From contig JAAILG010000102.1 of NCBI GenBank assembly GCA_012026655.1, positions 62,001 to 126,000 on the forward strand: a DNA stretch of 64,000 nt. Reading direction: 5' to 3'. Shown here one piece after another: positions 39,577 through 51,416 of this stretch. This stretch comes from Hydrolagus affinis. Its lineage: Eukaryota. A model generated the notes under the pieces. It had not been told where the DNA came from. It was given only the letters and a program-made list of their open reading frames with translations, and did not search any database. The position numbers were made by a program, and so were the translations under genes. Position 1 is the stretch's first letter; each line of letters opens with the position of its first letter.

Positions 39577-40519
39577 GGATACCCCATACACACATATACA
39601 CACACAGGCTTGTTGCTTGGCAGCTATGGAGAGGAATCTGTTCCCCTTCACTAGCGAAATACGTGCAATATTGATTCCACAATTACTGCTGTGATAGGTA
39701 AAAGGTAAAGCTCTTTCTTGTCAGGCTGTGGTAGTGATGGTGGATGCACTTCCTCATAGCCTTGTATGACTTTTGTTCAGAGGAGACTTTCTTGGGGTTG
39801 CAAAATACAAAGAATGTTTTCATAACTACACTAGGCTAGTTCAGATTTCAACACAATTCAGATTTACTGTTAATATGCAAGTAAATGGTTTAAATATCAC
39901 TTCACCACTTTTTTTTATAAACCTTTCATGAAAAAGAATGTTCCATATCCTGTGCTAAAGACTTCATAGAGATTTAAGTGTATTGTGTAATAGGGAAATA
40001 GGGAAAACAATTCCCACAGTAATGGGAGTTGGTGTATGTGACAGTAAAACACAGCACATTTGCTTTTATTAGGCACAGAGTTACCATAAACATCAGGAAA
40101 GTGTCTGTAAGTTTTCAAAATATATGGTCAACATATTCTAACTACAGTTTCTATTGCAGCCCATTAATTAACGACCTAAGATAACGCAGAGATTGGATTA
40201 GACATTAAGGAGTGAGTAATGACTTATTCCTGGGTTTAACAAACTGAATTTCGCTTACACACAAATGACAGGAAATAAAAACATGCTGTTTAAGTTGGCT
40301 TCCAAGACGCTGTTATAAAGAGAAGCGGAGGGGGTTGGACACCGAAGCCAAATTAACTGACTGTCTGAGCAGCTGTTGCTTATCATCACCCAAGAAAACT
40401 AGTGCCGGCTAGTCTTGCACCTCGGGTTTGCCCTGAAGCTAGATTGGAGCTGTGCAGCCAAAAAGCACAGACTATAGGGATGAGAAAGAGATTTGGCAGC
40501 TTTTTCATTTGGATATGTG

Positions 40520-40570
40520 GGGAGTGGGGGCGGGTGGGAGGGGGGCGGGAATTATTAAACAGGAAGTCTC
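40520..40570. promoter_or_regulatory. GC-box pair plus ETS motif (candidate regulatory site)
   Basis: GGGGGCGGG twice, followed by ACAGGAAGT, at the end of a repeat-free segment. Confidence 0.25.
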
Positions 40571-41054
40571 TACTTTGTCAGATACCAGTTACCAGCTGTA
40601 GAATACAAACCCAGCAAATGCCCTTCATTAAGATTGGCAGTCACAGTCCTCATTTACGGTTTACAAACAGAGCCTGTTTTCACGCGCATCACCCTCAAAA
40701 ATCAAACCTGTTTTAAAAGGGTTCAGAATCCATCTCACACTTTATCATTGGAAATCCCCTGCCTAACGCTTCATCACTGTTGACAGCTCTAAGAGTGGTG
40801 TGGACTTCATGTCATGTTTATTTCGAGGAGCCAATTCAACGGATTTATACATGCACAGTTGTTTCAAGGTCACCGATCACAACTTTTAGTTCCAGTCCCC
40901 AGGGTATCCCCAATGTTCTGGAAAGATTTGTGCAGTCCAGTGGTGCAAAGCGCATCCAAAACAATTCAGAACCATAATGGCAAGGGGCACAGCTGGAGGT
41001 GGTGTTGGTACCTCGAAAGGCATCAAGAAAACCACCTCTTCAGATAAATGTTGT

Positions 41055-41101
41055 TCCCGACGTGAAAGGCGCTATATAAGTGCAATTTTGTTGTTGTTGT
41101 T
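41055..41101 (+). mobile_element. ultra-short L2-type 3' tail
   Basis: TCCCGACGTGAAAGGCGCTATATAAGTGCAATTT(TGT)n. Confidence 0.85.
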
Positions 41102-41457
41102 CTTTGAGCTGCTGAGGGTTCTAGTGGCTTTACAATTTAGCGAGGCAATTAGCCTTGTCCAAATTCATTTTATTTAGGCCGCTTTAGCAATCATTGGAAA
41201 ACAGATCAGCAACCATAATGAGACTTTCAGGTTGAAACATTGGCTTTAAATTCAGCCAATATAGTTGTGATTCTAGGTTCCACTCAGTTCGTTCACATAC
41301 AGAGTTCAGTCATGCTTCCATTTATGAGAAGTAAAATTACCATGGAGCTACCAACTGAATTTTTGTTTTCTTGAAATAATTTCTTTAGCAATTTGTTCAA
41401 ATTGATTGAAAATTGTTTTTGAATTGCGGCTTGCAAGCCAAGCAAATCTGTTAAGTT

Positions 41458-41494
41458 GGTTCTGACGAAGGGTTGTGGACCCGAAACATTGACT
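41458..41494 (+). ncRNA. minimal type I hammerhead ribozyme motif (probably inactivated by CpG decay)
   Basis: CTGACGA core at 41462-68, extra A, stem II GGGTT/GACCC with GTG loop, GAAAC at 41483-87, short stem I GGTT/GACT. Confidence 0.6.
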
Positions 41495-41590
41495 CACTTT
41501 TCCTTTCTCCATAGATGCTGCCTGACCTGCTGAGTGTTCCCAGCAATTTGTTTTTGTTTCAGATTTCCAGCTTCTGCATTATTTTTTGTT
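41461..41590 (+). mobile_element. short Penelope-like-element terminal repeat derivative with 14-bp TSD
   Basis: TCTGACGAAGGG...GAAACATTGACTCAC...GATGCTGCCTGACCTGCTGAG...TTTCAGATTTCCAGC; TSD TCTGTTAAGT(T/A)GGT at 41447-41460 and 41591-41604. Confidence 0.8.
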
Positions 41591-44500
41591 TCTGTTAAGT
41601 AGGTATGACTGGAGTACTGTATTTTACTTGATTTAACCCTCAAACAAAAAATAATAAGAAATTGAAAGAGTGGACTTTTTTTTTCAAATTCTGTGCCTTC
41701 AACTTTGTAATAATATTTTTAAAAGGTTCAATGTAAGTTTCTGACTTCAGAAGTGGGAGTCAAATGTAATCTGCACCCAAGGTATTTATACTTCACAGGT
41801 GCAAATTGCACTTGATTTTCTACTGAATATCTTTGAATCTCACCTGCTGTGTTTATACTACAGTATAATGGATCCAAACTGCATTAGTCAGGTTAATATT
41901 GCACGGGTATGAATCACACCGCTCCGAAAAATATCTTTCTCTGGCATTGTCAAAAGCTCATTTTATGTTGCACACATTCCCTGAGTCCCATTTATGCCAC
42001 TAAGATGGCCACTAAGGTAGTAAAGTCTTAACACCCAGAGTGCACTAGATCATCCTTAGCTCACATTCAACTTGAGCTGCCAAGATATGAAAATGAACAT
42101 TAATTATGGATCTGTTCATTCCCATCATTGCCAATGATCCATCACCTTCCCTATTAGATCATATTCTCTTCTAACTTAATAATTAGATCTAATGGTTATA
42201 AATAAATAAATATTCACTGAGGCTGTTGCTGTGGGTTCTATAATACACAATGAGCATTGTCAGAAATTGGGTTGAGTTATTATACTGTTATAACGTTATT
42301 TAATATTACTCTGTAGTTATTTCAAATATTCTTCAAACAACAAATGGCTGTTGCAATCCTGCAAGATGGTCATTTCCAAAGATTCAATATGGTCTATTTG
42401 TAAAGGCAGCTCAAAGTGGCAATTCACCAATTTATTTTTCTAGCAAAGCAACATCTTCCTCTCATAGCAGGAACTGCACTTGACAAGAACAATAACTTGT
42501 ATTTTGAGGGAAGCCCAAGTGTGAATATTGGCCAAGCCTGATTTGATTCAGCAAAGGAAATCAACAGGTCCCACCACCAGATTGTATAGATAACTCTTTA
42601 TAGAGATGTCAGTTTCAAAATTAATTTAATTTCTTGTTAAACAGACCATCTGGTAAATGGTCATACACCTGCATGCCACACAACAGAAACTCATGCTCCA
42701 GAAAGGAAAAAGTTGGCAATCTGGCTCATTTAGATTTGAACAGTTATATAATAGGGCCATGTCTGTTCTGGTGCATTATTAATTGGCACCAATTAATAAT
42801 GTGCAAGTTGCCATTGTAAACAGTGAGAACAGGAAATAAGTGGGACTGTGAAACCGAGCAGCAGAAAGGCAAAGATTTCAAACAGGAGCCGCAAATTGGT
42901 TCTCAAGAGACATACGGTTTCTGAGGAAACACCTTATCTTAACTATTAAGAATTTATTTCGCACGTCAGTCAATTATTGTTACTTCACACAGGTAATGAT
43001 TCTCTTCAGAAATTGTTTGTGTTCTCTCACCCATGATTATCATGTGCAGCACGAAAGTTAAACAAGGTTGAAAATTACCCAATGGGATGGTATCAGCGTG
43101 GATCTGTGTTTTGAAGCATAATCCTATCTGTTTCAGTCTAGTTAATTGTGTGGATGTTAAAAAAAAGACTCATGGGTCTACTGTGTGCTTTCAGGAGCAA
43201 AACACTATTGCATTACTTCAAGTAATAAGCAACAGTCATAAACTCTGACATCATCACTTTAGGCGGTTTCACAGTGTTATAAATAAAATTTGTGGAGAAC
43301 ACACTTTATTAGAAAGTTTTAAAAAAATCATTTGCCTTAACCTTTCAGAAAATAGATAAATCACAATCTCTGTTGAAAATGTGGATGGAATCAGTGACAC
43401 CTACGCTTCACACAATAATATATTTGAACTAAAAATAAATCAGGTATCCTGTGCTCCATTGATCAAGTTGAAGTTTCACAGAGGACAATGGCAGATCATA
43501 GAGGTTATGTCTTGGCCCATGCACCAAACAGCTCCAGCTCCACTGAATACTGCTACAGTATATTATTAAGCAACAGATAAAGACGACTTGGTAAGGATTA
43601 GTTATTGTGGCCCAATTAGACTGACGTTGCGGTTGCCACTTTAGATCAAAGTCTAGCTTGATGCATTAATCTGTTTCAGTACTTTGGGAGTAATGTCATA
43701 TTACTTTCAGTTGCATTTGGGCAAGAGAAACTGGATTAATATTTCCTACTTCAATGCATTCTTGCCCTGGATTGAAAGAGATCTTTGCATACAATTAATT
43801 ATATTTTACTCATCTTCTCTGACCTTCTGGAGATGCTGGTCTTTCAGATTCAAGAATACACTTTTGTATACATCAAATAAAGTCCCTTTTACACTGATTA
43901 GTTCTACTACAAAACACAAAGCCTTTTCCGAGTTAGAAATGAAAGTGAATTGTTGTTAACGTGCAATACCCTCAGAATAAAATTTGTCTTCATCTTTCAT
44001 CTAAAAAGGCTCCCCCATCGGATTCCAGATTTAGTGAAGTTCACAGCAGATCAAACTTCCTTAAAATATTTCAAGCTAAAAATTGGACTAGTTTACTCTC
44101 TTTCAAATAAAGCTCTTGAATCCTGATGATATGATGCCAGACTCAAAAATCAATAGAGATTTAAGAATTTGCAGACACACCTCAATTAAACAGTGAAATC
44201 TTTAAATCAATTCAAAGAGAAATTGTGCTTGAGAGAAAGAGAACCAGTTCCTTAAGCTTATCTGGTTGAAATCATTAAGAACTAGAGAAAGCATATTAAA
44301 CTGCTTTCCCAGAACTCTGAAACACTAACCTACAGGTAGGGTGCTACATAAATGCAATTTATTGTCGTTAAAAATAATTCTAATTATTTAGATCTTTTTG
44401 ATAGAGTAAAACAAAACAGTTTCAAAACATAACTGTAAACATAACATTACTAAACTATGCTTTCTTCTAATACCAAAAGTTTAATTAAAAACTTTATTTC

Positions 44501-44926
44501 AGGGAAAGCTCACATCACAAAATGTGCTAATCTTATGGACTGCAGGTAACAAGAAATGTCTTGATCTTTTATTAATATACAGATCTCACATTTTGAAACT
44601 ATTTCTATAATTCCCCAAATTCAAGAGATATTTCTGAATTATGGAGGATGGGTATGGAGGATTGTGGTCAATCTATGGTCAGCCTGACACACCTCTATTT
44701 GAGGGTAGCACCAGCTTCCATAATATTTTATTCCAGAGGCAACCTCTGTGCTACTATTTTAGATATTTTGTAAAATGAAATGTCAAACTGTACCAAACTC
44801 ACATTCATTCCTCTCTTACTTGGGGTTAGGGGATGTTGCACTAATGCTAAAGTTTTGAATGACAGCTTCTGCCACCAAAGAAAGGGAGAACAGATTTAAA
44901 TAGAAGGAATTGGAATATTCACAAAG

Positions 44927-45050
44927 TAATAATAATAATAATCCTTGCATTTCATATGGCACCTTATTATGTCTTCGAGACATCTCAAATCACTTCGCAG
45001 AATACATTGTAAAATGAATTGACTGCATGTTTTGTAGTCGCTTACCAAAC
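44927..45050 (-). mobile_element. SINE 3' fragment
   Basis: (TAA)n ATCCTTGCATTTCATATGGCACC...GTCTTCGAGACATCTCAAATCACTTCGCAG. Confidence 0.8.
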
Positions 45051-46979
45051 AACAAATAGTCAGTTGTACTTTTTTCCAGGAACCTCTTGCGAGGTAAATT
45101 GGCACAGACAATTGAATTAATATTCCAGGATTCACATACAATCTGCACATGCACTGAATGCAAACCTTTCCTCTAACAATGGACAACTCTAGGTAGTATA
45201 GGTGTATGGTGTGGTTATGAGGGGACATTGTAAAGATTACATAACTTAGAAGTCCTCCTGACATAAGTAGTGAGATCTGAGAAATCCTTAAGATTTTGTT
45301 AACTGATTAATCCATACAATTGCGGTGGCTGTAGTTTCAGAATTAGAGCTAATTTTCACTGGTATTGTATTGTTAACTTTAATTTAAATTCTCTTAAAAT
45401 GCCATACGGAAGCTATTGAATATAGCTCGTTGAAACAAATTATTTTCAAAATTTTGGATATTATGCAGTTTGCTTCATCACTTCCGATTGAAGCTCTATT
45501 GACTTTTAACTTACAACTCAAATTTTGTCAATATTTTCAGTTCAAAGTTAATAAATGTGGTTCTTTTAAAAGCACACACAGATGCATAAGAAGCACCTCA
45601 ACAAATGAGCATTAATTGGCAGACATGCAGTGAAATCAATGGTCTTCACACCTGAATTTAACACATTCCAACTGGACCATATCGCAGACACAATAATAAT
45701 CACCTGATCACCAGGAAGAAATAATTATCTCATTTAATCAGAGACTTGCACACATTCTTTGTAAACATTCTAAGACATGCCTCTGGTTACTAAAAGTAAA
45801 CATTTTGCTAGTTTTTAAATAAAAAATATGATGACCTGATGTGATATGCACACAAGTCAGTGACTGAAATGGAAGATAAGTTAATGTTTCATCATCATTA
45901 ACTAGCTGTCCATGAAATACTTTATGAACAGTGCTGGCATGTTCAGAAAGCTTCATGCCAACATAACAGAAATGGAAACCTATAAAGATATTAAAAACAA
46001 GCGCAGGCGGCAGTAATCAACCAGCAACACAGTCAAAGCTTGAACAATTGAAATGGTTCCAAATAAGAAGGGAACACAAGGGCGTGTATTGCCACTATGT
46101 AATTTAGTATAAAATACAAAAGTCCAATATTAGTAAGTAAATATAAAATACCATCTTGCCGATGATCATGTAAGGTGAGTTGCCAACACCAGTCATGCAG
46201 CATCGTGGACTGCATAAATTCTGACAAGAACATCAACATAGAAACGATTCTACAGTGGATAAGTAGACTAAGATATGAGAACTCAGTCAAAAGAGTGAAT
46301 AGAAATCAAGTGTAAGAGGGCAAGCAAATACAATGGCATACTTACACACCAGGAAGAAAATAAGTCTGTCCACAACTTGAAACTATTCCTGGGCTATTAA
46401 GGCAGATTTTGCATCAAAAAGTAATTCATAGACTTCCTGGAACAGAGGACTTGTGTGTAGTTCTCCCCAAATTAAGTTAGCAGAACTGGAAATGGACATC
46501 AAGGGACGTTTTGTCACCAGGGAAGGCAACAGCCGGTACAGCCATTCAAAAGTTCAGTTTTAACAGTGAAGAGTGCAAAGCCAGGAGTTACTTTCCGCAG
46601 AAAGCAACATGTTTCACTGCTAATTATAACATTGTACTTTAAAATTTGGAAAATAACTAATAATTATCAAGCAGTACTTGTAAAAGATCTCGCAGTTAAT
46701 TTTCACCATGTCACAATGCCATATGTTTAAAATGGGGTGGGGGTGGGGGGTATTATACTGTAAACCACTGTCCACTAAGTTGTCTAAGATTACCAATGAG
46801 GGATATTTGCTATGCCTCCCTCATAGATTCTTCAACCAAAGTGCTACAAATATTTGTAGGCAACAGCTGTTGTGAAGAATTTTTCTTGTGGCCATGTAGA
46901 GTGACTGAGGATCCATGCTGGTTACAGGATTTTGTTGCCTTTGCTGGCAGAGGCACTACAATATACTGTACAATCAACT

Positions 46980-47098
46980 GCTGTATTTACTTTATGGCAG
47001 TTTGTGGGATGGTGCTGGGCACAAATGGCCTGCCATTTTAACAAGCAAAATACACATCCACCTCACTTTACAGTATATCCTGTGAAGCGCTTTGAGTC
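46980..47098 (+). mobile_element. SINE Deu/3' fragment
   Basis: GTTTGTGGGATGGTGCTGGGCACAAATGGCCTGCC...CCTGTGAAGCGCTTTGAG. Confidence 0.7.
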
Positions 47099-48536
47099 TA
47101 TCAATTTGACAAGTCATTTATTTCTACATATGTGAGTTGATCTTGGTGGAGAATTGCAGTGAAGGGAAATATTTATTGACTCATGCTTCAAATCCTTGAA
47201 CCATATAATGGAATATCAAGGTGGATTAGTACCAACTCACAGTGATGCCCATCTCTGCAGGTTCTATTTATTCTTTCAGTCATTTTTGTCTCTATATATT
47301 ACAGTTTCTCTTTAATGTAAAATGGAACATTATTCCCTCTTATCCCTCCTACAGCTTGATGGAGATGTTAAACGTTTTTCTTTGTAGAAACTGACTGACA
47401 ATCAATCTTCAACATCAATGCCAATTTTTATTCTGCATCACACCCAACAGTTTAAGGTAAATACTTGATATTTAAAGGTAAATATTTCAGATTTAAAGTG
47501 AAATAAAGCCCAGATTCCATTTTCAAACAGGGCGAAGATAAATCGCTGTAAAATAAAAAGGCTTTCCCTTTAAGACTTCCATATCAATTCATGTTAATGA
47601 AGGCAGGAGCTTCAAAATAGTCTTGAGATTTCCCTGCCTGTCCTCGGGAAACTTCAGCGTGGTATTGGCATGTATCCACTGGCACATAGTCAATATGAAC
47701 TTTCGTGGGTAAGCGTGGGAGAGTCTCTCTCAAACCAGGTCTCAAGTCAGGACAAAGCTTCAAATTAAACTCAACACCAACATTCCAGCTCTCTCCAGAT
47801 TTCAGTTCCCACACGATACCTGGGAATATGTTTGGTTTAAAACCCCGATTTGTGTAGGATAGAGCATTTTGTAGATTTTAGAGATTTCTTTCTAGCCAGT
47901 GAATTACTGTACATGTGAAATGAAGAATATAATAAGAAAAAATATATTTGTTTCCTGAAATAGTCCAAAACATAGATGCAGTTGAAATATCTCTTTCAAG
48001 GCAGACAAAAGCTTACATAAAAGCACTCCAAATAACAAGCATAAAAGGCACACTTCATTTAATTGCTTTTTGTGCAGCACAACAGCACTGAGATGAGAAA
48101 TACAGTTCTTAGGGGTATATTGCCTGACATTTGATGGAATTATATTAATGAATGTTTCACAGAACAGACATGTTCTGCATATCACTTATTTGAATACAAT
48201 CAATATCATTGTGCTAATTCTTGGCTCTACTGAAATATGGATTTCATATTAAACCAAGGAAAACACAAAATCTTTACCCAGAAAATCAACTGCAAATTAA
48301 GTGATAGTTTATGTTACTATGGATTAGCTAAAATACTGATATTAATGACATAAAAGAAACACAAATTGAAATGTTATGCAATTCCTTCTCTTCCATATGA
48401 ATCAAAATCCACAAAACTCAAGGCAACAGTATCTATGCTATCTCCTTTCTGTTTTTTCAGGATTTGCACCAGCGTACACATGCATAAGAGGGGTATTCTG
48501 CAGTACCATGTCTATTTCACAAATTGTAAATTATCA

Positions 48537-48593
48537 AGCACTATGGGACGTCCTCCCGACATGAAAGGCGCTATACAGGAGTAAATTGTATTG
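48537..48593 (+). mobile_element. short L2-type 3' tail
   Basis: AGCACTATGGGACGTCCTCCCGACATGAAAGGCGCTATACA. Confidence 0.8.
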
Positions 48594-48780
48594 CATGAAA
48601 TTGCCCCCCCAAGTTTTTTGCCAAATTCTCAGTGAAAATTGAGCAAAGATGGAGGAGGCACAGAAGTGTGCCTTAGCAGCTTAAGTTAACTAACTCTAAA
48701 ATGGACCTTCTAATCAGGTGCACAATGCATCTTCATCAATCAATACACTACGAAGAGATCGTAGATCAGATGCCCTGGAG

Positions 48781-49018
48781 TAGGGTCAACCATAAATAAA
48801 TTTGTTGCACTGGAGAACAGGAAACTTGACAGCTGATGTTCTAGAAATAGAGATCTCAGAAGCTCAGCTCTCAACAACTTGTCAGTTCCCCAGACTGCTA
48901 CACGTCTTGCATTCTCTTTCTTGAAATCCCACCGATACTCTGGAACATCAAAGAAGAGAGAAAAAATATCCCTATAGCCCTGTACAATCCCTGAAGAGGT
49001 AATGATTCTGGCAACCTA
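48781..49018. mobile_element. possible degraded non-autonomous DNA element (TAGGGTTGCCA...TGGCAACCCTA type)
   Basis: Ends TAGGGTCAACC and TGGCAACCTA are imperfect inverted repeats; related end motifs near 56582 and 60949. Confidence 0.35.
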
Positions 49019-49314
49019 CATCTTTCATCCTGTAAATGACAGACTAGTTGGAATTAGGTATTCAAGGCATTACAATGGGCAATAAAGAAGACTGGTTCCA
49101 ACAACATCTCTTTGGTCATGAAACATCATGGCCCATGAAATATTTTTAAATTGTCCCTACTTAACCTAACAAATTTGGCCCAATATAATAAACCAGACCT
49201 TTATGTGTTTTTTTAAAAAGGCAGTTAATTTAAAAAATAAGACCAAAATCGTTTTAATAATAAGGTAATGTTATTGGGATAAATATAGGCAGAATGATTG
49301 ATTTTCTGTCACTG

Positions 49315-49620
49315 ATAATAACAATAGTAATAATCCTTGCATTTGATACAACGCTTTTCACATCTCCTAGACATCTCAAAGCACTTTACAGAATGTACTC
49401 TAAAGTGAGTTGGCCGTATATTTGTGGGCGAACACAGCAGTCAATTGCGCACAGTAGTGTCCCACAAACAGTTATGGATTGAATTGACCATTTTTTTTGG
49501 AGAGATTATTATTAGGCATACGGAGTAAGGAAACTTGCCCAAGGTTTCACCCTGCCTGGAATCGGACCCAGGTTTCTCGTTTGCAAGGTGAGTGCTCTAA
49601 CCACTGAGCTACAGGACTCC
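49315..49620 (-). mobile_element. full-length tRNA(Ala-like)-headed SINE, short subfamily
   Basis: Minus-strand head GGAGTCCTGTAGCTCAGTGGTTAGAGCACTCACCTTGCAAACGAGAAACCTGGGTCCGATTCC (A box, TGC anticodon-like loop, B box); tail ...ATGCAAGGATTATTAC. Confidence 0.88.
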
Positions 49621-49699
49621 ATTGTGATGTGGTCAAAAACAATTCTCTATATTGTATTATCTAACTTTAAATTCAGGAATCACGTTTGATAGTGTTGTG

Positions 49700-50080
49700 C
49701 ATTATCCAGATTGTGGATTTGAGCTCATATTCGAGGCAGTAATAGCAATCCGCTATATTGGCAGAGGTGCCTTCATACTGATGAAACATTGAAACTGTCT
49801 GTTCAAGTCAACATTAAAAATTCTAGTGGCACTATGCGAAAAGAGGAGGGAGTTTATCCAAGTCAACAAACTCCCACATAAAATTCCTCAGCCACCTGAT
49901 ACAATACAATTTGTAGATTACTTTTCTTGTCGTAAGACCCCTCAAAGTGTTCGAAATGCTGTTTTGTGTCACATTATTGTGTGCTGATTCATTCACATAC
50001 ACATACACACTAACTGTAAAATCCTGTGAAGCAATCTGACACACTTCCAAGAATTATATTAAATTATTACTATTATTATT
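49700..50080 (+). mobile_element. degraded DeuSINE-like copy
   Basis: GAGGTGCCTTCATACTGATGAAACATTGAA, GGCACTATGCGAAAAGAGGAGGGAGTT, CCTGTGAAGCAATCTGA. Confidence 0.6.
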
Positions 50081-51119
50081 TTATCTTAACCTAATATCAA
50101 ACTCTTTTATAAATAATTCTCTTGCCAATTAAAAGTGTTCAGTTTGGTTATTTTTCAGAGCCCTAATTCCCCAAATCATTATTCTCTGAACTCTCTGACC
50201 TACTAGTACAAAGTAAGGAGAGTAAACTTTATACATCTTATTTCAGACAATAATCTCCCCATAAGTTAGAAGTGTAAATTGATAAAAACAAAATGTTTAT
50301 GCTTGTTATGCATCAAGCAATTTGATACATTGCCCGAGTGGCCATTTTTCATTACTTATCAAAGGTAAAAAAGGTTTTGCTCAACAGTAAATATACTCAA
50401 AAAACTTCAAAATGGCCATATTTTCATGAGTTTCCATATCAACCCATCTATCAAAACAAAAAAATGGTCTCATAGGAATCTAAGACACCTGCTAGTTGGT
50501 AGTCAGGGTAAGAAAAACACATTCAAACAGAATTTGCTCCTGATGTTCATTGTTAGTGGTGACATACTGGAGATAATTGTAAACTTTGTTTAAAAAAGGT
50601 CTGCCAATGATGGATAGACAGACAACAGGAAGATAGTGAGAAACAAGCTCTTGTTTCATTATAAAGTCTAATGGAAAATGGTCCATAAATATACATTTAT
50701 AGTTGCAAAAAGGTCATGGCCCACTTGTAAAATGAATTCACAGCAATTTTATACTTCACAAAATGAGCACAGAAAAGTGCAGACACTATGATTTAAAAAA
50801 ACACTAGCGAATGGATTTTACTGCCATATTTAGTGGCATCGGTGCACAATATAATATAAATTTAAAATGGAAATATTTCAAAGCAGCTTGCAAATATTTA
50901 AATTAGAAAAATTCTAAATTCTAACAACAAATGACAATTTTAACATTATCCGTTAGCTGCAACTTTCAGCCAACAACAATTGATACTTATCCAGCAACTG
51001 ACAAAAAAAAAGAGTGAGCATGAACCAGAGCTGGAAAGGAGCTATGATTAGGGATTAGATGGCTGACAATACAAGAGGTTAGTCTTTGGGTGGGATTTGA
51101 AATCAACAACAACAACAAG

Positions 51120-51195
51120 TCCAGTTGTAAAATCCTGATGTGTATCTTGAAGCCACAACCTGTTGACTCAGAGTTGAGTGTAGTTGACAATGAGG
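51120..51195 (-). mobile_element. DeuSINE head fragment
   Basis: CTTGAAGCCACAACCTGTTGACTCAGAG, antisense to the SINE head. Confidence 0.55.
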
Positions 51196-51366
51196 ATAAC
51201 ACTACAAGCGTGACAGTATGTGGTACAATGGTGAAGCAAGGGGGTGAGGTACAGTGATTTCCGAGCACTGTATTTGCAAAGGAAAGAGGCAAAGTGACTG
51301 GACCCATCCAGAAGAGTATCCAGAGGAGTTGGATTACAAGAGATCAAAGAGATGAGATAATGGTAC

Positions 51367-51416
51367 CCTCTCGACATGAAAGGCGCTAGACAAATGTAAT
51401 TTTGTTGTTGTTGTGT
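51367..51416 (+). mobile_element. ultra-short L2-type 3' tail
   Basis: CCTCTCGACATGAAAGGCGCTAGACAAATGTAATTT(TGT)n. Confidence 0.85.

Noticed and set aside
49545-49620. tRNA-Ala gene
   Set aside because: No proper acceptor stem, and it continues into a SINE body; it is a SINE head.
49778-49796. CTGATGA...GAAAC as another hammerhead
   Set aside because: No stem II can form between the motifs; it lies in the Deu-domain part of a SINE.
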